Shown here: piece after piece, positions 12,801 through 23,109 of the stretch
Layout of the letters: the number at the start of each line of letters is the position of its first letter
How positions within the stretch are numbered: position 1 is the first letter of the stretch
Source of the DNA: Sphaeroforma arctica JP610
Taxonomy: Eukaryota
DNA: 33,545 nt
Reading direction: 5' to 3'
Assembly: GCF_001186125.1 (NCBI RefSeq)
Contig: NW_014040207.1
Location: 37,171 to 70,715 of the forward strand
Translations under genes and position numbers: made by a program
The notes under the pieces: generated by a model
What the model was told of the DNA's origin: nothing
The model's input: only the letters and a program-made list of their open reading frames with translations
The model's database searches: none

Positions 12801-13068
12801 CTACCCCCTGTGAGGGTGTTATGAAACTCATTTCATACATTTTTGCAATCCTGAATATACTATTGCGCACTCACGAATGAATGTCTATTGAATCCACCAT
12901 TCATCCATATAGTGCACACAACTGTTTCCATTCATTAACTTACTCTCCTTTGCACAATTGCAGGCTCAGCTATACACTTTAACGGGGTGCTCATCAGAGT
13001 TTATCGAAACAGTGAGTCAACAAATCCGTACTTTGCTCGAACTGGAGAGGCGCGGGGTATCATACTAG
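841..13068 (+). CDS. NUP205: Nuclear pore scaffold nucleoporin Nup205/Nup192, 3' portion (13 exons, 2328 nt including stop; 5' end outside window)
   Basis: Exons 841-953, 2282-2423, 2955-3247, 4031-4200, 5302-5436, 5975-6138, 7067-7248, 8188-8374, 8684-8823, 9393-9749, 9936-10105, 11137-11306 and 12964-13068 have GT-AG boundaries and consistent phases. The translation shows collinear Nup205-like motifs: TRSCLYTTLLNLI; WMESLSQHGFLDHFV; YSYEAKMSFLVLVAS (cf. human YTYESKMAFLTRVA, recalled); LEEIKLTVGIF; IESALYVLMLHLHYYL (cf. IETCLFILWRHLEYYL); EFIETVSQQIRTLL-stop. Confidence 0.9.
2020..2275 (+). repeat. ~31-bp degenerate minisatellite (catcccactcatatacacgtgctactatcat)
   Basis: About 8 imperfect copies upstream of the 2282 acceptor. 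Confidence 0.85.
2282..2423 (+). CDS. NUP205: NUP205 exon (SIKLQG...VLVDKITSQ)
   Basis: acacag|G and TCTCAG|gtacgt; in frame with both neighbours. Confidence 0.8.
2406..2780 (+). repeat. ~52-bp tandem repeat x7 containing exon end and donor
   Basis: Unit gacaagataacctctcag|gtacgtttgtgtgtgcgtgtgatacgctcttata starting at 2406, 2458, 2510, 2562, 2614, 2664 and 2737. Confidence 0.92.
2955..3247 (+). CDS. NUP205: NUP205 exon (STRSCLYTTLL...ESLSQHG)
   Basis: Polypyrimidine tract + gtag|TCC; GG|gtaagg; Nup205-like motifs. Confidence 0.9.
3550..4020 (+). repeat. CA/CACT-rich compound repeat
   Basis: Recurrent cactcactctcacacacatgcat units. Confidence 0.9.
4031..4200 (+). CDS. NUP205: NUP205 exon (FLDHFVG...YEAKMSFL...LVASG)
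   Basis: gcgcag|A; G|gtatgt; conserved YExKMxFL motif. Confidence 0.9.
4320..5045 (+). repeat. ~55-bp minisatellite, about 13 copies
   Basis: Unit tgatgattgcgtttcaacgtactttacacatccataactactcatgctctacata. Confidence 0.95.
5302..5436 (+). CDS. NUP205: NUP205 exon (MLRRLSTF...ALRLIGG)
   Basis: tccag|GT; G|gtatga; phase 1 on both sides. Confidence 0.85.
5975..6138 (+). CDS. NUP205: NUP205 exon (ILTSVGRE...LEEIKLT)
   Basis: cgcag|GT; ACG|gtatgc. Confidence 0.85.
7067..7248 (+). CDS. NUP205: NUP205 exon (VGIFYRL...EPRETS)
   Basis: Strong pyrimidine tract + ctcag|GTG; AG|gtaggt. Confidence 0.85.
8188..8374 (+). CDS. NUP205: NUP205 exon (LDYRMRDV...LLSPNLQ)
   Basis: cacag|C, with an alternative in-frame acceptor starting the exon at 8200; CAG|gtatgt. 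Confidence 0.8.
8684..8823 (+). CDS. NUP205: NUP205 exon (NAIVLANN...PPSLSALVIYIRTAIP)
   Basis: tatag|AAT; AG|gtgggt; PSLxxLxxY motif resembles the Nup205 tail. Confidence 0.75.
9393..9749 (+). CDS. NUP205: NUP205 exon encoding a Gly/Asn/His/Tyr-rich low-complexity insert
   Basis: cgtag|T (or 9370 if a phase-0 donor at 8828 is used); AG|gtatat; open frame. Both ends are phase 2 and the length is a multiple of 3, so the exon could be skipped. Confidence 0.7.
9936..10105 (+). CDS. NUP205: NUP205 exon (STFNRR...IESALYVLMLHLHYYL...)
   Basis: ctcag|G; A|gtacgt; conserved ExxLxxLxxHLxYYL motif. Confidence 0.9.
10670..10975 (+). repeat. 27-bp minisatellite, about 11 copies
   Basis: Unit gatactacacttgtgtgtgatttaatt. 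Confidence 0.95.
11086..11123 (-). repeat. Telomere-like (TTTTAGGG)n tract
   Basis: aaaccctaaaaccctaaaaccctaaaaccctaaaacc on + strand. Confidence 0.85.
11137..11306 (+). CDS. NUP205: NUP205 exon (YCGSASG...QFSQDIQ)
   Basis: ctcag|AG; CAG|gtatgc; phase matches. Confidence 0.8.
12183..12731 (+). repeat. 25-bp minisatellite, about 22 copies
   Basis: Unit agtgaccaagctat(a/c)agctgtgtat. Confidence 0.97.
12964..13068 (+). CDS. NUP205: NUP205 terminal exon (AQLYTLTGCSSEFIETVSQQIRTLLELERRGVSY*)
   Basis: ttgcag|GCT, TAG at 13066-13068; resembles the Nup205 C-terminal FIxxLxxxIRxLL helix; AATAAA at 13144. Confidence 0.85.
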   Translation, partial: AQLYTLTGCSSEFIETVSQQIRTLLELERRGVSY

Positions 13069-13474
13069 GCTCTCCATCTCTAGACTTGCTACGCTGTGAT
13101 ACCTTCTATGGCCATCGGCATGTTAGTCAACCAAAGGCCCAGGAATAAATACCGGGCTTCTTTACACAATAAAAAAATGCAAACAATATCGTAGTTTAGA
13201 TTATACACAAATGGTTGTCGGAGTATGGACACTTATGAGTATCACTGCGTCGCAAAGTGGAAAAACAGGCCATTTCGCGCATATGTGCATGGAAAGCGTG
13301 TTTGGCTATCAATGAATAGTTAACTAGGCTCGATCGAACCATATAGAGTCATAATACTTAAATTTATTAGTTGCTCAACTTAACAATCGACACTGGTCCA
13401 GGAGTATCAAATCTATGCGATTCCAAGATAAACGCATCAGTCGAACGATCATTTTTTAACCAAGTACATTTTAA

Positions 13475-14200
13475 CTATGTCCTATACAATTGCAGGCAGT
13501 CAGTTGCCCGGCTGTTCAGACTGCGAGCGCTGTTGGACCCACGAAATCGCTGATCGAAGAAGTTCATACTAGCTGCTACACTTATTAGAGCATCCTGCAG
13601 ATCCAGAATGTGATCACACGCACCACCACTCTCGCCATAGTCACAGTTGCACACGCATCCGTCATCATCTCTACAGACTTCGTTACACTCATCTACTTCC
13701 TCTAGACTAATATTTGACGCCGGGTCCCAAACCCCATAAGCGTCGCACGAGTACGATACTACTCCCTGAACTTTACGGATGTCACTTTTTGTACCCTTCA
13801 GGTTGTTCGTGGTATGGATACTGCGTTGAAGTTCGGCCAAACTTGACAGAGATACTTCCGAAGGTGAGATCCATTGTACTGGATTGTACATTGGTTCGGA
13901 CTTATGCTTAGTCGTCGACTTATGCTGCGGCCTGCCCAAGGTGTTGCTGGCACCAATCCTTAATCGAGAGAAAGATTTGGGTAACGACGATGAGCGTTTG
14001 TTTTTCCGGTCTGGCGATACAAACTTCTTATTTTCCTTGTGCTTCCCTTCACTGAAATGCATATTGTTTAGGTCCATACAGTAGTCTGAATGGGGCTCAA
14101 CACCCGAGCTGTAGCGTGATGTTTTATGCTTATAACTCACTGCGTCGTGTGCGACATTATGCATTGCCACCAAACCAACGTTTAGATTTCCATTGATCAT
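13475..14200 (-). CDS. Hypothetical intronless protein, about 241 aa (Ser/Lys-rich middle, Cys/acidic C-terminal patch)
   Basis: Non-repetitive open frame; first ATG at 14200 (the track starts at an upstream GTG). No recognisable homology. Confidence 0.45.
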   Translation of the reverse strand: MINGNLNVGLVAMHNVAHDAVSYKHKTSRYSSGVEPHSDYCMDLNNMHFSEGKHKENKKFVSPDRKNKRSSSLPKSFSRLRIGASNTLGRPQHKSTTKHKSEPMYNPVQWISPSEVSLSSLAELQRSIHTTNNLKGTKSDIRKVQGVVSYSCDAYGVWDPASNISLEEVDECNEVCRDDDGCVCNCDYGESGGACDHILDLQDALISVAASMNFFDQRFRGSNSARSLNSRATDCLQLYRT

Positions 14201-16429
14201 TGTATAATCCACCAGCTATTGTATAACAGTTGATTAACAGTAGTTCATTGTCTGGCAATTGACAAATGCATCGTTATATATATTCATAAATCACTAACGG
14301 ATCCGACGAAAACAAATACTGTATGAAGGCAAAGACTGTTTCGGAGGCCATTGATATATCGAACATGAGTGGTAGTGTCCCCGCCGAATTTAAAAAATAC
14401 TGAATGATCAACTAAGAATTCTGCCCGCCGATCAAATCATGCATGTTCCGTGTCCTTCCAACTCCAAGCCATTCAGCTCTCGCACGCGTATACGTTAAAA
14501 TAGCGCACGAAATATATGTAAAAATTACTAAACTGTGACACTCAACAGTCCCTCGGTGCGAATTCGCCGTCCTAAGGCAAAAGCCACTCAGATCTGAAAC
14601 CAATTCGATATATCGCACTTCGAAATACGATATGGCACATATTTAAGCTTCTCACAAATTGTCAGTTTGTCACAATAAGATCAGATTTGTTGCATCACTC
14701 TACTTTAGCTACACACTATGTAATTGGTGCACACGCAAAATCATAAATTACAAGCAAAGAATTTCGCTCCTGAAGCACTGACTCCGGGCGAGTAGACTGT
14801 CAGTTATCCAATTCGTTCATTGTTGTTGTGCTCCGGCATGAAAGAGACATAATCAACAAAATCACCTTCTAAAAATAGATATCAAATAGATCTTCAGACT
14901 AAAAGAGTCAAAAATTCTATAAATAGTTATTGCTATGGAATGTACCCAGAAAGTTGGCTGAAACCTTTAATTCAATTTTTTTTTAAAGTAAAACCGTTTT
15001 TCGAGTCGTGCACTCCGTGCAGGGCATTTTAAACCGCAGAGTCAGGAGTGGCTTTATTTATCAGCTATCTAAATTTCTCTGCTCCTCGCTTTGTCGCGGT
15101 CTCGCGGACACATCACACACTGTTGACTGTTGACTGATACTTTATTGCAGTATTACCGTTTTATTCCTTTTTATATATATAAAAAGGTTTTCGTTGTTGG
15201 GGTTGGCACTTGGCAGTAAATACTTGGCACTGGCAGTTCGAATGTTCGACGGACGGGTCAGCGGGGTCACGTCGCACGGAAAATATTTATCGATGGTCCG
15301 GCGGGGCGGTGGGACTGTTGGTTTTTTTTTCAGCATGTTTTTTCTTAAACTTTCTTTTGTGATGTTTATGTATAATTCCTTCTTCTCAACGAAGGCTTCG
15401 CAAAAAAAATGTTTATTTTCATAAAGGTTTTTAATTTGTATGTATTTATGTAGTGTAAGATTTGCATTTATTTATTTTTTATATAAATACACTGGGGGGC
15501 TTGGCGGCCCCACTGGAGACTCGGGGACTCGGGGACGGTTTGGAACAACAGAAGGCTTTAGAATGCTGCACAAGTAATCAACGTTGAACAACGACCAACT
15601 CTTGCAAGTTGCAACTCCTGTTGTTGGCAAATAATCTAGTAGATAGATGACTAAATTCCTATATATAAAAACCATTATACAAAGAATTTCGCACCTTTAG
15701 CACTCTAAGCCCTAAGGAGTCTATAAAGCTTTTCTCTCTTGTGTGAGTAACTTCATGTAATTATTGTCACAGTTTTCTGCTTTTTTTATCCGATGTATGA
15801 ATGAATTTACTCTCTATATAATGAAATGTCTCGTATTGGCCATAGAATGGAATGACTAATGAGAACTCGCTCCTCTCTCTTGTTGTTGTGATCTTCTTGT
15901 GAGTCGTGACAGACTGGCAGAGTGGCAGTTTTAATGAACAGCTTGTTGCAGTTCCCAGTTTTATATATAGTGAGATGGAGAGCAAAACGATTCTTCCCGT
16001 CTCACTGACAGTGTACAGAAAGCAGTTTTTATCTTAGAAGCTTTTAACTTTCGAGCCCCACAAAGGCACAAATCACAATCACATACAAACATACTCAAAA
16101 TTCAAAAAATGAGTGGAATCAGAAGTTCAGAAATCAGCCCTCAGGCCACTGCCTCATCCCTCAGGTCAAATATATTCGTTATACCTGAAGCCGCCCCTGG
16201 ACTCCTGGAGTCTGCACTCTGCACGACTGGGCTGGACTCGCTGGACTCGCTGGAGGCTGGAATCGCTGGATTGATCTCGCTGGAGGCTGGACTCGTTGAG
16301 GAACGGAGCCTGGTCCCTGGATGGCAGAGGGCTGGAGGCTGGAGGCTGGACTTATATGTAAGCGCACCCAAATTTGAATTCTAACGTAGAAAAGAATAGA
16401 GGCCGAAGGCCGACCGGTCTATTATAGGG

Positions 16430-18728
16430 CCTAAATGGCGTGTGTTTTGACAACATGGACAACGCAGCACATACAGATAATTGTTTGAACGTTATATCGA
16501 TTTTAAGTCAGGTTGATGTTATGTGTGTGGTTGAAACCTGGCATAACACCACATTTCTTAATTACATACGCTCGAACACACGCTATCATACACTACATCA
16601 AAACACCACCCATCAAATTTTCAACTTGTACACTCTTCACCGTATGCGGTGTTCTTTCTGTGCTTTGGCGTTCATATGGCCGTGTTCTACTTTCCACTCA
16701 AATCGCTTACTGAAGGAGACGTCAGGCGATACATGAATCCTCCCGAGATTGGCGGTTTCCAACCAGATGTCATGTGGGGAGATTTCAACTTCAAAGCCCG
16801 GAAGTATGGCCACGCATCTACAAATCACGGACTACGTATGAAAACGATTGAGACTACTCTGCGTAAGACGTGGCACTTGGACTACCTCTATGTTGGCGGC
16901 TCAACTGGTACTGAACATGCGTATCATCGACTTACCACCCTCGCCTCCCTCCAAACTTATAAGCTGACGGACTACGGTATCTGTGGTGACCACACCTTTG
17001 GACTCGATCTCCAGATACTTCCCACGAATCAAATCCATCGGCCCCAACAAATGCGAGCAATGCCGCCGCCTCCGGACCAACGAATCCCCTCCCATGGATA
17101 TAACCGATATCGCCATCGACTGTATCAACTACGCAACAAATCCCGCGCGCAACTATTCCAAGCCAAAATCTGGGCGCATCAGAACCTACTACGGACCTTA
17201 TCTCACTTTACGTGGACCAGCAAAAGGGCTGCTACGAATTCTCGACCGCATCTGATGCTATGCCACTAACCCACAAATCTTTGGAGGGTTCTAGTATGAC
17301 TTAAACAGACCTTGGGTTCAGCGGCTGCCAAACCACTCGTTCCGCCCACGTCTGACCACCCAAAGCAATGCACAAATGTTCAAAGATATTGCGTACTAAT
17401 GACGGTCTCCGCGCCAACCCTGCATACCGGGTACCGATGACACAGGCACTACCCTCGCTGACTACTTTGAGGCCCTATTCAACTCTACAAACCCGTACGT
17501 AGTTCCACCGGATACCGAGCCCTCTCCTGATGCCACTTCCACCATACGCCCCGGCGACGGGATCTACATCCTCCTCCTGAAGGCCGCAGTGGAGCGCTCT
17601 ACCAAACGCCGGACATTAGGACGCCCCGACACCAATAGCCCATTGATTAGACTCCTTGCCGAAGCATTCACTGAGCTACTGAAGGCGGGTACCTTCACCG
17701 TAGCTCTGAACTGAAGTCTCCTGACAGCGCACCCAAAGAAAGCCGATGCAGATATCACATCCCCCGCCGACTTCCGCCCCATCACGCTTAAGCAAATAGT
17801 CAGACGCATCATTGAAAAGTGCTTTCTTAATCTGATTACGAGCCACCCCGGCTCTGCTACCCATGATACCCAAGCTGACTTCAAATCACGGTATTCCTGT
17901 CATACTCAAGCACTTGCTGCCATGGAATCTGAGACACAGTCAGAAGAGGAGTGGAACGACGTCTGTCTGGACCTAACCAAGGCATACGACAAGGTCGCTC
18001 TCCCACGCCTATGGGTACTTCTGCGTCACGCTGGAATGCCCGAAAACTGGATCAACTGCCTCAGGGTCCCTACCCGAGTGACATACCGCGGCACGCTCTC
18101 GTCTCTATTCCATAGAACGAATGGCATCCTACAAGGCTCAATCGTCGCCCCCAGCTCTTTATTATCTAAATGGATTCCTTAGCTGTCACGCTAGCACAAT
18201 TTCGGCCCAAGCTCTTCCGCTCTTATTTATTTGTCGATGACACACGGATCCAAGCCTCTCGATCGGTTTCGCTCCAGCCCTTCTTAGATGACATTGATGC
18301 GTGGGGACGCAAATCTGGCCTCGAACAGGGTGTCATTAAACCCCGAGTACGATCTACCGACTTGCGACACGCGGCGCCAACCCTCCGTATAAATGGTGAG
18401 CTTATCACGCCGACGCTTGCAGACGCACCTTGGAACACACATTACCTCCCCCTGAGACTGGCGCCCACACATGCCGAACCGAAACACTCCAAATACCTGG
18501 GGCTCCCACTCTCTCACGGAGTACCAGGAATCAATGGTTGCAGCATTGTCACTGGGTATCGCCTCTTTCCGCGCTTATGGCTTCCATGGCTTCAGCTGGG
18601 GACACCCCCGCAACCGACTGGTGATGTTCAAAACATTTATCCTATCCACGGCTACATATGGGCTGAACATTATTACCTGGGCTCCGCCTATATGGAAGGA
18701 TGCGTTGGATCCCCTATTCGAGCGCTTT
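16430..18728 (+). mobile_element. Decayed non-LTR retrotransposon (LINE) ORF2: APE endonuclease + reverse transcriptase; runs into N gap
   Basis: APE motifs DVMCVVETW, WGDFN, LDY, GDH. RT motifs FRPITL...IEK, CLDLTKAYDKV, GILQGSIVAP, LFVDD, KYLG. These are spread over several frames with stops and frameshifts. Confidence 0.9.
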
Positions 18729-19552
18729 NNNNNNNNNNNNNNNNNNNNNNNNNNNNNNNNNNNNNNNNNNNNNNNNNNNNNNNNNNNNNNNNNNNNNNNN
18801 NNNNNNNNNNNNNNNNNNNNNNNNNNNNNNNNNNNNNNNNNNNNNNNNNNNNNNNNNNNNNNNNNNNNNNNNNNNNNNNNNNNNNNNNNNNNNNNNNNNN
18901 NNNNNNNNNNNNNNNNNNNNNNNNNNNNNNNNNNNNNNNNNNNNNNNNNNNNNNNNNNNNNNNNNNNNNNNNNNNNNNNNNNNNNNNNNNNNNNNNNNNN
19001 NNNNNNNNNNNNNNNNNNNNNNNNNNNNNNNNNNNNNNNNNNNNNNNNNNNNNNNNNNNNNNNNNNNNNNNNNNNNNNNNNNNNNNNNNNNNNNNNNNNN
19101 NNNNNNNNNNNNNNNNNNNNNNNNNNNNNNNNNNNNNNNNNNNNNNNNNNNNNNNNNNNNNNNNNNNNNNNNNNNNNNNNNNNNNNNNNNNNNNNNNNNN
19201 NNNNNNNNNNNNNNNNNNNNNNNNNNNNNNNNNNNNNNNNNNNNNNNNNNNNNNNNNNNNNNNNNNNNNNNNNNNNNNNNNNNNNNNNNNNNNNNNNNNN
19301 NNNNNNNNNNNNNNNNNNNNNNNNNNNNNNNNNNNNNNNNNNNNNNNNNNNNNNNNNNNNNNNNNNNNNNNNNNNNNNNNNNNNNNNNNNNNNNNNNNNN
19401 NNNNNNNNNNNNNNNNNNNNNNNNNNNNNNNNNNNNNNNNNNNNNNNNNNNNNNNNNNNNNNNNNNNNNNNNNNNNNNNNNNNNNNNNNNNNNNNNNNNN
19501 NNNNNNNNNNNNNNNNNNNNNNNNNNNNNNNNNNNNNNNNNNNNNNNNNNNN
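18729..19552. other. Assembly gap (N run)
   Basis: Run of N; a second small gap lies near 9865-9883. Confidence 0.99.
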
Positions 19553-20053
19553 ATTTCCTGAACCACTACAGCGACTATGAGAGCCATACCATATGTTCAT
19601 ACATTGTATCATACATACTTGCCATTTTGTTCTATTAATAGAACTAGACCAACTCTTTTATGTTTGGTATTTTGCTGAGGCCTTTTAATGGCCTCATCCA
19701 AATATCTGATATGTTAAATGGAAAAAGTTTAATTAATAAAACCATTAAAAACCATTTTAGGAAACTTAAGTTCCTCGTGCTATTAAGAACACATTTGGGA
19801 GACTTAAGTTCCTCGTACTATTAAGAGTACATTTAGGAAACTTAAGTTCCTCGTACTATTAAGAGCACATTTAGGAGACTTAAGTTCCTCGTACTATTAA
19901 GAGTACATTTAGGAGACTTAAGTTCCTCGTACTATTAAGAGTACATTTAGGAAACTTAAGTTCCTCGTACTATTAAGAGTACGTTTATAATTTGCGTACT
20001 GCTTAGGAGTGCGTTTATACATAGAGTCTAATATGGAGGCCCGGCTTATTACA
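19553..20053 (-). mobile_element. Probable 3' LTR of a Gypsy-like element (distal end lost in gap)
   Basis: On the minus strand a G-rich PPT-like tract CTGGGTGGGGGCCG is followed directly by TGTAATAAG at 20053, downstream of the integrase. Confidence 0.6.
19753..19982. repeat. 38-bp tandem repeat x6 inside the putative LTR
   Basis: Unit catttaggagacttaagttcctcgtactattaagagta. Confidence 0.95.
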
Positions 20054-20381
20054 CGGCCCCCACCCAGCTTTGAGACCCAAGAGAAGCAAGTTGCTCATTC
20101 AAGCTGAATATGGGTCTAAAAACGAAAAACGAAAAGCGGGTCGAAACTTTAAGTAGCATAACATATAGTTAATGTTTCTCAGGCGGAGAAGTTAAATGTT
20201 CTCGGTTACCCTGTGAGTTTTGGGCTTAGGTCCAGTAGGTCCGTGGTGGTCGACTGGACGTTCCTTACGCTTCAGTGTCTTAATCACATATGAAGGATGA
20301 GCATTAAGGCTCGGGATAAATGCTGTAGGCGGATAAGTTTTAACTTCCGTTCCTTCAGACGATGCTATCTTTTTCAACTTG

Positions 20382-21416
20382 TTACCTATGCAGGCGTTTA
20401 CGCCATTTTCGATTAAAGGCTTTTAAATAGCCTTGGTTATCGAAAGCATCTGGAGTCAACTCAGCTATTGTACTGTGTATAAAGCGTGTACGATAGTATG
20501 TATAGCCATCCATATCCGTTCTCCATATAATGTCTTTAAATTCAGAACGATCAAGAGGGACATTAGAGTCATGTCTTCTTGCGAGTATAATCTCTGTCGT
20601 CGGAATACGACTTGTGCCTATATTAAGCGCACTAGAACCATCGGAGATATTTACCTCGTACGTTCCACTTTTAGTGTCTGCTACAGAGATTATGTATGGA
20701 CCTATTCATTTAGATGTTAATACAGTAGCATCGGAATTACGTTGACGGATGTTAACTCTGTCACCAACCTGATACTTTGCTATCTTCTTGGTAGTGTTCC
20801 CACGCTTTTGCTTTTTTAATAAGGCTATATTGCGTATTTCTCGCAAGCAAGGATATACAACGTTATAAATACGTTGGACCTTCTCTAACCATGGTAACTC
20901 GTGGTGATCGGGTTCGTCCTTGTTAAAAGGAATTTGTAACTTACTATATCTGCCACGAAAATAGTGAGCAGGTGTAGTTCCTGTAACCGGATCAGCACAC
21001 TCGTTCATCTGTGTTTGTACCCACTTAAAGTGGTACGGCCAATCATCTGCATCATCCGTTAATGCAGTACGTAAGAAGAACTTAAGTCTTCTATAGCGCG
21101 TTTCATTCGCGCCTTGCGTTTGCGGCTTATATGTCACACCTCTCTTATGGCATATGCCTGATACGAGTACTAGCGATTCCATAACGTCATCGCAGAACTC
21201 ACTTCCGTTATCAGTGCACATAATACCCGGCCACCCGTGGTCAGCAAAGACTTGGCAACATAATTCTGCCACTGTCTGCGTATTCTTATCCTTTAATGGA
21301 TAGAGCAAGTTAAACCGTGACGCCACATCAAAGAAGTGACATACATAACGGTCGCCTGTGTGCTCGGACGTGGGCAGGTCAACCAGATCAATGATGACCA
21401 TGCGCCATGGAACATC
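20382..21416 (-). pseudogene. Ty3/Gypsy-type integrase (rve DDE core, GPY motif, probable degenerate chromodomain); 5' truncated, one internal TGA
   Basis: PWRMVIIDLV, DVASRF, TDNGSEF, YKPQTQGANE, YQVGDRV, K*IGPY. The frame continues past the TGA at 20706 to TAA at 20382. Confidence 0.9.
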
Positions 21417-23109
21417 TTTGGTTTTGCGTCAGCCAAGCAAGAATGTTTTCATCATTCTGCTCCTCCAGAATAAAGGTAGGTGTTGAGAATTCACTTGCGT
21501 GGTCTCTAAGTCTGTAGTGTTTCCAGACTCCTGTCCTTCTTTCGCATGAGTATCATAAGTGCGCTCGTGTGCGTTTGATACACCTGACTTATTTAATAGT
21601 CGCATTATATGTGTATACGCTTCAGGATTGTCTTTCATTAATCCCTTTAAAAATAGGGTTTGAAAGACCTCGGGCTTGGACTTTATGTTATTAAACAGAG
21701 TCCTAGCTGGAGACTGACGCTTCTTAACAGAGTCATTAGTAGATTGTATTTTTTGTGCACAGACGTTAAATGCTGTGTTGCCTTTAAAACCCCTTTTATA
21801 GTATTTTGTATTTACTCGACGTTTGTGTCTGAAATCTAATCGATCTAGATCTGACTCCCACTCGATCGATGATCTTGTGTTTGTTTGGAGTGTTTATGCG
21901 GTTATTTATGAACCTTAAGCGCATTACTTATGGTCATGGTTTGTGTCGCTTTGTGTTGTGACCTCACTTCGACCCTCAATGTTTTTTGCTTGTGTGATCA
22001 TTAATCACTTATCTGGTGTTCTAGGGTTTTCTCGATGTCTGAAATCGAATTGATTTAGAAATTCATCTCATTTATACCCGTGATTATATGTTTATTTGTT
22101 GTGTTTCTGTTGTTCGTAAATCTTGCCTGAGTAATTGATACTACTAATTCACGCAAAAGATGTTGGTTGATGGTTTGCATTTTATTCCCTAGTCTGATCT
22201 CTTTTGTGTAAGGATACTAGGTCAATTCGTTCCCGAAATCTTGTTTGTATATTTGTGCACTACTGAATGCTAATTGGTGCGATACTGTGACAACACGTTT
22301 GTCTTGCTATTGAAATATTATTCCTAGTTCCTCGAATGCGATGATCACGAAGTTTGGTCTAATTGGTAGTGGATTGCTACCTCTCTCTTTTTGACTGTGT
22401 GTATTTTCCATTTAGGCCCCTGGACATCTCATCTCTCGTAAACCATGTCGTCTTGTTCTTATGAACTAGTGTTTGGTGTGTACTGCCTGAATGCTTCGTT
22501 CAAGTATAACTTATGTGTGCATAATTTGTGTTTTGGTGCCTCTACCTTTCTGATGTCTGTGAATGATTGAAATTAAGCCCTATTCCTAGGCTAATGTATT
22601 TTATTATTGTGCCCTTCACGTCTTGTAATGAATTAGATGTTAAATACTATTGAGATCATGCTTTGTCATACGTGTTAACACACCTTGCCATGACTTGTCT
22701 GACTACCGTCTATTCTTGCTAGGTGTGGTCTTTGATGTTGGTGGCTTTTCTTGTTTGAAAACCTCAACCTCTGTTGATTGACACTTGTTTAAATTTTAAA
22801 ACTTCTCAACACTGACTAGAATAATAACCTTGACAGCTCAAGATATAATTTACACTGAATCACTGAACATACCCCTCGTGACTTACTTTCACTTCTAGGA
22901 TTTTCCTCTAGGTTCTTCTCTTGATCCTTCTTGCCCTTATATATCTTATTCTGAGCCGAATTTATCTTTGTAGGTCCTCTCTTGAGTTGGGGCTGTGTGT
23001 TCGCTGGAATCTTCGTTCAATTCGGTTGTCAATCTCTTGTGATTATTTCTTAAGCCTCAATATCTCCGAGTTGCTTAGCTTTCCTTGACGAATAAAGTCA
23101 TTTCCTATG

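Noticed and set aside
16109..16384. 91-aa ORF (MSGIRSSE...) as LINE ORF1
   Set aside because: Short, built from CTGGA low-complexity repeats, with no RRM or zinc knuckle.
18170..19638. Long ORFs of 299-463 aa in the track
   Set aside because: Length comes from the N gap translated as X.
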